A stretch of DNA of 64,000 nucleotides, from the NCBI GenBank assembly GCA_965197745.1, contig CBDANS010000007.1, positions 992,001 through 1,056,000 of the forward strand, given 5' to 3'. Below are positions 53,551 to 61,929 of this stretch, piece after piece (the stretch's first letter is position 1; each line of letters opens with the position of its first letter). Both the position numbers and the translations under genes were made by a program. The notes under the pieces were generated by a model, which saw nothing but the letters and a program-made list of their open reading frames with translations, was not told the DNA's origin and did no database searches. The stretch is from Opitutales bacterium (GTDB lineage Bacteria > Verrucomicrobiota > Verrucomicrobiia > Opitutales > PNEW01).

Positions 53551-54192
53551 TTATCCATCTTCTTGATTAGAGGTCGGCGGAGCATCCTGCCATTGTATCT
53601 CCGGAATGCCACCTTCTGCAGGATATTTAAGCAAAACCTTCTTTTGCCCGGTTAGAATGTAGGGCAACTTTTGTCCCTCTCGACCATATGATATCTTGAA
53701 CTTAATTAACCCTTCAATCATTTGTCCCAGCGGAAGTGATTCTAGTTTAATAAAATGGTCATCAAACCATGCATTAGAACGTGGGGGGATCGTGACCCTA
53801 TCTAGCTCGTATTTTTTCTTTGGCGGATAACATTCTCCTATCTGGGTTGAAACTTCTTGAATTTTTGAAACAATTGGAAACGATGCAAAATTGCGGACTT
53901 CTATACCTATACCTAGCTCTTTGATAACTTGTCCATTATCTGGTTTTTTAGCAATAACTCTAACTCCTGCAAATGAGAGCTTGTATTCTGGCGTAATTCG
54001 ATCTTTCCACTCACTAAATCGCAAGAGTCCAGTAACGGTCAGTGTAAACAGTGCCACCATACCAATGTAGAGGTAAAACAAGGGAATACCACTTAACCAT
54101 CCAATCACAGCACCGATCCCTGTAACCACTGTTGGGGTAATCAAACTGCGAACGATTTCCAGCAACGTTTCTTTTGCAAGAAATTTCCACAT
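53551..54192 (-). CDS. Passenger hypothetical protein with N-terminal membrane segments
   Basis: 213-aa ORF lying wholly between the transposase stop and the right TIR. Confidence 0.75.
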   Translation of the reverse strand: MWKFLAKETLLEIVRSLITPTVVTGIGAVIGWLSGIPLFYLYIGMVALFTLTVTGLLRFSEWKDRITPEYKLSFAGVRVIAKKPDNGQVIKELGIGIEVRNFASFPIVSKIQEVSTQIGECYPPKKKYELDRVTIPPRSNAWFDDHFIKLESLPLGQMIEGLIKFKISYGREGQKLPYILTGQKKVLLKYPAEGGIPEIQWQDAPPTSNQEDG

Positions 54193-54248
54193 AAGATTAT
54201 GTTAGATTTTATTACTAAGTATGTCAAGGGTATAAACACCTAATATTA

Positions 54249-54980
54249 AGGTGGAACGCGCTGTCCCTAGCGCGTTCGATTATGTTGTAATAAAAGAAGC
54301 GTGCTAGGGACAGCCCGCTCCACCATGGGATGCAAGATTTATGATGTAATATTGATTAATCTTCAGGACGAGGACGAAGATGACCCTAATCAACTATACC
54401 ATAAGGCTCCAGCATGTCGACCATAGCCTCGGCCACGACGAAGCGTGGCCCTCCAGAAATTGTATAAGAGAAAGGGCCAATATGGAACATGCGAGTCCAA
54501 ATGAAATGGAGGGCCACGCTCCGTCGTGGCCGTAACCATCATTTATAATGTGAATAATAAATGATACACATGTTAAAACGGACGCAACGGAGTGCGTCCC
54601 TCCAGAAAAAAAATGGAGGGCCACGCGTTGTCGTGGCCGCTGTGTAGAATGAGCTATAATTCTATATATAATTAAAGTACTAAAACCCTGCCCAGACGAA
54701 GCTTACTGTTTATCAAGATACAAGAATACATCGTTATCATCTTCGTCCCTCTTTTCATTGCGAGGAGTGAAGCGACGAAGCAATCCAGGCGGTTAAGGTT
54801 ACGCTACAGACATTCCCCTGGATCGCCGCAGTCAGCTGCGACTTCTTCGCGATGACAAAAATGGATTGAATCACAGCAAGGGGTGAAGCTCGACATGTCC
54901 AAAATTGCCTATCACCTCAACAGCGCGTTCCACCATGAGTTTTAAGTAATTGAAGAGGCAGACGAAGACGAAGATGATCC
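54249..54980. repeat. Mosaic repeat island: family D (54250-54324), two family C pairs and family E (54755-54856)
   Basis: Direct matches to other copies in the window. Confidence 0.85.
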
Positions 54981-54991
54981 TAATTATTTAT

Positions 54992-56728
54992 TTATTTTCG
55001 CTTCGGGGCTACATGCTCCTTATACAAGTGGGGGCCGGAAGTAATGTTCCATCTCGTGTTGTAAAATACTCCAAGGTCAACATCGGTCAATATAGGGTAG
55101 GGTTCTTTTCTGCTTTCATCTAATACTAGTGATATGATATTTCTCCCTTGATGGAATAAAGTAAGATCGTCAATTTGCATCTGCCAGAATGCCTGGGCTG
55201 GAGGTGTTATGGCGGATTCTGCAATTATCGAAACCGAGCTTTCGACCTTAGGATCACGAATTTCAGTGAGATGAACACTTGCCGGGCCATAAAATAATTG
55301 TTGTCCGTTAACTTTGACCGTTATTTTTTGATCGGGATCAAGTTCACGAAATCCCAGTCTTAAACCCGTATACCGCAAATCGAATACTGTTGATCTGTCT
55401 TTAAAATCTTCTCCGATCAACAGACTGAAATCATAGGTATTATTACCCTTTAATTCTACTGAGAGTTGCCTGTCATATATTTCAGGTTCTTCTCTATCCT
55501 GATAGTACCCATGGGTAATACGATAAACCTTAGACTGACGATTGAGACTGGCAGGGCTGTAAAAGTAGGGGAGTAACCGGGGATCTCCCGTTCCCATATT
55601 AAAGGTATACATGCCCTCAACACCCAGGGCCCAATAGTTGGATGCCGCTGCGCGCATCAATTCCGGTGTAATTCTATTCGTTGGTTTTGTTGCGTAAGTG
55701 TCGGAAGAGGGATTTTCGCTGAATGGATACGCCCAACCCATTGTTTGATTAAGGCTGGGGTATACGACACTGCCTGCGTTGTGTGCGAGGGTTATGATAG
55801 CTTCTATCTGCATATCAAAGGTGGTTCCCATCCTCGGGGCGGGAATGAGAACATCAACCAGCTGTTTCTCCATCCAACTTCGAATATCCAGGCCGATCCA
55901 ATCGCATCGCTTTAATGAAGACGCGATGCGGGCCATGAGATAGTATTTCTTTCCATTTTTCTCTCCCACGCTATTGAGACGACGGCGCGCTTTTTCAACC
56001 AGGTCGGTAATAAGGTGACTTTTTTCAAAGCCTTCATTGTAAGGGAAGTAATAAAAGGAGCGTGTAAAATCCAACTCTACACCGTCCATTAAGTCCTGGT
56101 AACGATCGATAACTTCATAAATAACTTCCAGACGATGCTGGCGGACTTCTTCGTGACTGTAATCAAGCAGGTTAGCATAGTTCGGATTGCTTTTTAATGG
56201 AGACTCCCCATTCGCTCCTATCCTGAGATGGGGATTTTGCATCCAGAACTTGCCCGTCGTCGGGTTATTAGGGGGATCAATGTTAACAAAATGGCCGTCA
56301 TTCATACGATAACTGGGAAAGAAATAAAGACCAAGCTCCCTGGCGCGTTCACCGGCTACGCGCGGACCATCAAAACCCGCTTTGACCAATGCTTTTCCTG
56401 ATCGCACCCTGAAGTTGAAAAATGGATGGCTGTCCATTGAGGTTTCTCTCCATCCCCAATGCACACCGACCTTTGAAGGATACTGTAAAAGGTCGGAGGT
56501 TGAGCACACACAATAGGCAAGGGTCCTCAACGGTTTACCCGCGGCGGTATCGATATGATATTCAATTCTACGGGCTGCTGTATTCGGATCTAGGCTGCTA
56601 AATGTGATCCCTCCATCAATATTAAAGATTACCCCGAAGTCCGGGAGTGCATTTTGTGTTTCAGCCGTGGACAGGTTGAGTGGGAGAGTAATTAAAAAGA
56701 CAATGATACATTTATTCAGTACATTCAT
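54992..56728 (-). CDS. Exported glycoside-hydrolase-like TIM-barrel protein (GHL10-like)
   Basis: Signal peptide; YRMNDGH, LDYSHEEVR and DGVELDF.R motifs. Confidence 0.65.
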   Translation of the reverse strand: MNVLNKCIIVFLITLPLNLSTAETQNALPDFGVIFNIDGGITFSSLDPNTAARRIEYHIDTAAGKPLRTLAYCVCSTSDLLQYPSKVGVHWGWRETSMDSHPFFNFRVRSGKALVKAGFDGPRVAGERARELGLYFFPSYRMNDGHFVNIDPPNNPTTGKFWMQNPHLRIGANGESPLKSNPNYANLLDYSHEEVRQHRLEVIYEVIDRYQDLMDGVELDFTRSFYYFPYNEGFEKSHLITDLVEKARRRLNSVGEKNGKKYYLMARIASSLKRCDWIGLDIRSWMEKQLVDVLIPAPRMGTTFDMQIEAIITLAHNAGSVVYPSLNQTMGWAYPFSENPSSDTYATKPTNRITPELMRAAASNYWALGVEGMYTFNMGTGDPRLLPYFYSPASLNRQSKVYRITHGYYQDREEPEIYDRQLSVELKGNNTYDFSLLIGEDFKDRSTVFDLRYTGLRLGFRELDPDQKITVKVNGQQLFYGPASVHLTEIRDPKVESSVSIIAESAITPPAQAFWQMQIDDLTLFHQGRNIISLVLDESRKEPYPILTDVDLGVFYNTRWNITSGPHLYKEHVAPKRK

Positions 56729-56759
56729 TGGGATCGTTGAGTATTATGGAAATTGGTAA

Positions 56760-57290
56760 AGCTTCGTCATCGTCTGCCTCTTCGTCAACGTCCCTTTAAT
56801 TATTTACAATAATATTGAGGTGGAACGCGCTGCTTGTCCGACATAGTCCCGCCACCGCGGGACGACGGCTGGTCCCTAGCGCGTTTGATTATGTTGTAAT
56901 AGAAGAAGCGTGCTAGGGAACAGCCGTCGCTGTATATTGCTAGGCTATGGCCGTCAGGCAGCCCGCTCCACCTTGGGATGCAGGACATATGATTCAAATT
57001 AGTTAAATGATTCTGGACGCAGACGAAGATTATTATCCATTAACATACCCATTGCTTACGCAGAGGACTAATTATGTGTAGCCCCCTCCCCGGGGTTTCG
57101 TCGTTAAGATAATCATATTTCCAAACGGACGCGACGGAGCGTGGCCCTCCAAAAAAGATTAAATGGAGGGCCACGCTCCGTCGTGGCCGCAAAGAAGCAG
57201 GAAAAAACGAAAAATTATTTTGAAATATTGAATCAGTATTATTTATAAAATCATTCATTTACAGAATAAGAAGACGAAGAGGCAGAACCG
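56760..57290. repeat. Mosaic repeat island: family D with two nested family B inserts, and a family C pair (57125-57190)
   Basis: Aligns with the uninterrupted family D copy at 54250-54324. Confidence 0.85.
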
Positions 57291-57659
57291 ACTATGGACG
57301 GGACTTAGAAATGCCTTATAAGTTGTTTATTAATAATAAATTACACTTAAATAGTGATATTAAAACAATTTATGTTTTCCTTTGATTTCCTGGCATTGCC
57401 TCAAAATGTTTGGCAGGAATGGGCAGGAATCATACTTTTTTTGGGAGGTTCAGCCAGGAACCGGGCAAGAAATTTCAAGCGAATTTAATAATGTCGATTA
57501 AGTTGCACCATGTCATGAAAAACAATAAATTTATACGCCCTGTAGTGGCACCTCCAAATTTCCCGGTGAAGCCGATTCAGTCAGACTCAGATTTAAACCT
57601 CTACAATATGTAATGCTATAATAGCATTTTGATGTGAATTGAACCTGCCCTTATGTAAC

Positions 57660-59010
57660 TGGAGTGACCCCCAAAAATGGTATCATTAACAGAGAGAGGT
57701 TATCGGGATAAACAGATAACCTCAATGAAAAGAAAAAGATATACAACAGAACAGATCATAGCAATACTGCGGCAGCCCGATACGGGCAAAACCGTGCAGG
57801 AAGTCTGCCACGGCAACAACCTAAGTGAACAGACCTTCTATCGCTGGGGCAAAAAGTATGGCAACTTGGAGCTGGCTGATGCGAAGCGATTTAAAGAGCT
57901 GGAAAAGGAGAATACGGAGCTGAAGAAGATGCTCGCTGATCAAATGCTCAAGCTTCGGGTGTTGGAGGAAACGCTCTCAAAAAAATGGTGAGCCCAAAGC
58001 AGAAGAAGCGAGCAGTAAAAGATGCGGCTGAGAAGGGGCTGTGCTCGTTTTAGAGGGCTTGTGCTTATCTCAGCCTCAGTTGGTCAACGTACAGCTACCG
58101 ACCCAAGCAGGCCAGTAAGAAGGCTCAGCAATTGGCCGAGCGGATTTTGACCTTGTCCTGGGAACATCCCCGTTACGGTTACCGGCGCATTCGTGCCTTG
58201 CTGGTGAAAGAAGGTTGGGCGGCAAGCAGGAAATTTGTACAGGCAGTGCGACGTTCTTCGGGCTTACAGGTAAAGCCACCAAAAAAGCGTAGACACCGTC
58301 AGGGGATCTCTACTGGGCTCCCTACTAAAGCAACCGGTCGCAATCACGTCTGGTCCTGGGACTTTGTCCATGATCGTACAGACAATGGCGGTATGCTAAA
58401 GATGATGACCTTGATCGATGTACCGAGGAGCTGAAAGCGACGACACTCAAGCGAAGCGAAGACATATACGCGTAAATGTTTACGCATCCGGGTAGCTCGA
58501 CAGCTCACCTCAACCGATGTTCTCTCGGTACTCAGCGAAACCATCGATGAAGAGGGAGTTCCTAGCTATATCCGCAGTGACAACGGCAGTGTTCCGAGGA
58601 GCGAAGCGACGACATGCGAAGCCATTCATTGCTCATCAGGTGCAGCAGTGGTTGTCCGACAAAAAGATCAAGGCGATATATATCGATCCGGGCAGTCCCT
58701 GGCAAAACGGTTTCATCGAGTCGTTTCACAACCGCTTACGCGATGAGTGTTTGAACCGTGAAGTGTTGCTCAGCGTGGCTGAAGCACAAGTTGTAATAGA
58801 ACAATGGCGTCAGACCTATAACAATGAACATCCCCACAGTCGATTAGGCTTTAAAAGCCCACAAGAGTTTGTCACATTCCTTTCCGCTCTTGGCCGCGTT
58901 CGGGCTACGCCCTCACTGCGCCAAGATCTCTCATATACATCAATCCTAAAACCATTAATACCCGGTAACTCTCTCACATAATAATTGGTACGAAAAACGG
59001 GGTCCAATCA
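57660..59010 (+). mobile_element. IS3-family (IS407-like) insertion sequence, orfB disrupted by two short inserts
   Basis: TG...CA ends with imperfect TIRs (TGGAGTGACCCCC / GGGGTCCAATCA); orfA MKRKRYTTEQII; A7-TGGTGA frameshift site; orfB HPRYGYRRI, WSWDF, SDNG, PWQNG.IESF motifs. Confidence 0.92.
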
Positions 59011-59114
59011 TAAGTGCTTAATAATTAATATAAAGTATTAATATATAAGTGGTTCCAGTGGGAGAGTTGAACTCCTATCCAAAGGCACTATACTTGGATT
59101 TTGTCTAGAGTTAG

Positions 59115-59211
59115 CTACCAATTTTATACCAATATCTACCAATTTGGTAGAATTGGTTGACTTTTTTTGGATTAACTACCAATTTGGTAGATATTGGTAT
59201 AAAATTGGCAG
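59115..59211. promoter_or_regulatory. 36-bp inverted repeat bracketing a TTGACT -35 element upstream of the Fic gene
   Basis: Arms 59115-59150 and 59176-59211 match as reverse complements at 34 of 36 positions; each contains CTACCAATTTGGTAG. Confidence 0.6.
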
Positions 59212-59239
59212 TTATAACACCATACACTTGAAGGACATA

Positions 59240-60583
59240 ATGAGAATCCCACAATCACCAAAGCCTTTTTTGGACATTATTAGTAAAATTAGTAAATCTG
59301 GTCTTGATAAATTTAGGAAAATTCTCTCAGAAGAATCAGAACCTTTAACTGCTGAAGAATACATTCACTGGGATGATCTTCGCAGACGTATCCCCCCCAA
59401 AAACTTGCCTCACGAAGAATGGTGGGCGGCCATAAAATTCAAAAGAATGTCTACTTTAAAAGAAATTCCTTTAAAAGACAAAAAAGGTAACGATTTTCTT
59501 TTTACTACACCTGAAATGGTTAATGAGCAGTTGCATAACATCGATATGTATTCTGGTGGAATGGTTGCAATGGGAGAGCCTATAACGAACCCACAAACTC
59601 GTGATAAATATCTCGTCAACTCACTTATTCAGGAGGCAATTACATCCAGTCAACTTGAAGGCGCGGCAACTACGCGAGAAGTGGCTAAAGAAATGATTCG
59701 GAGCGGTAGATCACCAAGGGATAAAAGTGAACAAATGATATTTAATAATTATTTTACAATGCAACGAATCATTGAACTAAAAAATCAACCATTAAGTTTG
59801 GAACTTATATTTAATCTACATAAATTAGTAACAGATAAAACACTAGATGATCCTACAGCAGCAGGACGATTTCGTAATACTGATGAAAACATATATCTTG
59901 AAGATTCATATGGTGAAACTGTCCATATTCCTCCCGCGGCAGACGAGCTTATTGATAGAATCAATTTGATGTGTAAATTTGCGAATGAAAAGGGGGGGAA
60001 GTATTTCATACATCCTGTAGTTCGTGCGATTATATTACACTTTTGGCTAGCATATGATCATCCGTTTATTGATGGAAATGGGAGAACAGCGAGAGCATTA
60101 TTTTACTGGGCTATGCTTAATAAGGAATATTGGCTATTTGAATACATTTCGATTTCGCAAATTCTGATAAAAGCTCCAATTAAATATGCGCGGTCATTTC
60201 TCCTTACCGAAACTGATGAAAACGATACAACATATTTTATAATATACCAAATAGAGGTAATAAAAAGAGCCATTAAACTTTTAAAATCTTATATTAAAAA
60301 TAAAACTAAGGAAATTAGCGAAACTGAAATATTGTTAAAAGATATAGAATCACTTAATCACCGGCAATATTCAATTATAAGCCATGCTTTACGTCATCCA
60401 CGTCACAGATATACTATATCTAGTCATCGAAAAAGTCATAATGTTGCTTATGATACAGCAAGGCATGATCTTTTGAAGTTATCTAATTTAGGGTTTCTTA
60501 ATCAGAAAAAAATGGGTAAGAAAATATTATTTGATGTTAAAGATAATTTATTAGACGTCATCAGAGATACGTCATCAGAGTGA
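59240..60583 (+). CDS. Fic-domain AMPylase with internal inhibitory motif and C-terminal wHTH-like region
   Basis: HPFIDGNGRTAR Fic motif; SSQLEG inhibitory motif; ATG at 59240 preceded by AAGGA; AT-rich. Confidence 0.92.
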   Translation: MRIPQSPKPFLDIISKISKSGLDKFRKILSEESEPLTAEEYIHWDDLRRRIPPKNLPHEEWWAAIKFKRMSTLKEIPLKDKKGNDFLFTTPEMVNEQLHNIDMYSGGMVAMGEPITNPQTRDKYLVNSLIQEAITSSQLEGAATTREVAKEMIRSGRSPRDKSEQMIFNNYFTMQRIIELKNQPLSLELIFNLHKLVTDKTLDDPTAAGRFRNTDENIYLEDSYGETVHIPPAADELIDRINLMCKFANEKGGKYFIHPVVRAIILHFWLAYDHPFIDGNGRTARALFYWAMLNKEYWLFEYISISQILIKAPIKYARSFLLTETDENDTTYFIIYQIEVIKRAIKLLKSYIKNKTKEISETEILLKDIESLNHRQYSIISHALRHPRHRYTISSHRKSHNVAYDTARHDLLKLSNLGFLNQKKMGKKILFDVKDNLLDVIRDTSSE

Positions 60584-61927
60584 TCGGACCCCGTTATTCG
60601 TACCAGTTTAAGTGAGAAAGTTACCGGGTGTTAATGATTTTAGGATTGATGTGTTGGAGAGGTCTTGGCGAAGTGAGGGCGTAGCCCGAACGCGGCCAAG
60701 ATCTGAAAGGAATCAGACAAACTCTAGTGAGCTTCTAAAGCCTAAAGGACTGTGGAGATGTTCATAGTTATAAGTCTGACGCCATTGTTCGATTACTACT
60801 TGCGCTTCAGTCACGCTAAGCAACACTTCACGATTTAAATATCCATCGCGTATGCAGTTATGAAGCGACTCGATGAAACTGTTTGTTATTCTCGATCTAG
60901 TTCGTTGAAGTGTCGCTTAGCTCTGTAGCCAGGGACTGCCCGGATCGAAATATATCACCTTGATGTTTTGTCGGTCAACCACTGTTGCACTTGATGAGCG
61001 ATGAATGGCTTCGCATGTCGTCGCTTCGCTCCTCGGAACACTGCCGTTGTCACTATGGATATAGCTGAGAGTTCACTCTCTTTCAATGGCCTCGCTATTG
61101 AACAGAGAGAACATCGTTTGAGGTGGGCTGTCTAGCTACCCGGAGACGCAAACATCTACGTGTGTATTCATCGATTAGAGTCATCATCTTTAATGGACTG
61201 CCATTATCAGTTCGATCATGGACAAAGTCCCAGGACCAGACGTGATTGCGATCATTTGCTTTAGTGAGACACTCTGTTGAGACTCCTTGACGATGTCTAC
61301 GTTTTTCGGTGGCTTAACCTGCAGACCCTCTGAACGTCGCACCGTATGAACAAACTTCCTGCTTGTTGTCCAGCCTTCCTTTACGAGCAAGGCACGGATA
61401 CGCCGGTAACCGTAGCGGGGATGTTCCCAGGACAAGGGTACAATCCACTCGGCCAACCGCTGAGCTTCCTGCTGCCCTGCTTGGGCTGGTATCTGTAAGT
61501 TAAACAAGCTGAAGCTGAGATAAGCACAAGCCCTCTAAAACGAGCACAGTCCTTTCTCAGCCGCATCTTTTACTACTCGCTCCTTCTGCTTTGGGCTCAC
61601 CCCTTTTTTGACCGCGTTTCTTCCATTACCTGACTCTTGAGCATTTGATCAGCAAGCAACTTCTTCAGCGCGGTGTTTTCTTTTCCCAACTCCTTAAATC
61701 GCTTCGCATCGGCCAGTTCTAAATTGCCATACTTTTTACCCCAGCGATAGAAAGTCAGTTCACTTACGTTGTTGCTACGGCAGATTTCCTGAACCTTTTT
61801 ACCGGTAACGGCTTGCCGCAGTATTGCGATGATCTGTTCTGTTGTGTATCTTTTTCTTTTCATTAAGCTTATCCGTTTATCCCCATAACCTCTCTCTGTT
61901 AATGATTCGATTTTTTGGGTCACTCCA
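60581..61927 (-). mobile_element. IS3-family (IS407-like) insertion sequence, degenerate and inverted relative to the 57660 copy
   Basis: Ends TGATCGGACCCCG (60581) and GGGTCACTCCA (61927); orfA MKRKRYTTEQII; fragmented orfB with two short inserts. Confidence 0.9.
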
Positions 61928-61929
61928 CC

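Larger units (their letters stand above)
52598..54240 (+). mobile_element. IS1595-family element carrying a passenger gene
   Basis: 25-bp terminal inverted repeats at 52598-52622 and 54216-54240 (2 mismatches); 8-bp direct repeat TAATATTA at 52590-52597 and 54241-54248. Confidence 0.92.

Noticed and set aside
5436..57258. Short ORFs with recurring peptides such as ACHGVVPQSRGEDG, RPRRSVALQ and EGHALSWP (5436, 12634, 12802, 41959, 42131, 52346, 52451, 54394, 57040)
   Set aside because: Translations of the DNA repeat families in varying frames and strands; not a protein family.
5420..57290. CRISPR array or integron attC cassette array
   Set aside because: The repeats are dispersed, variably oriented and not regularly spaced; there are no cas genes, no integron integrase and no consistent attC core sites.
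57286..57440. Possible att site or element end (ATGGACGGGACTTAGAA; GGCAGGAAT direct repeat)
   Set aside because: Resemblance to a tRNA T-arm is weak and no recombinase gene or second copy is visible.
57660..61927. Confirmed composite transposon
   Set aside because: No target duplication at the outer ends (TAAC versus CCTA) and both transposases are disrupted; kept only as a hypothesis.
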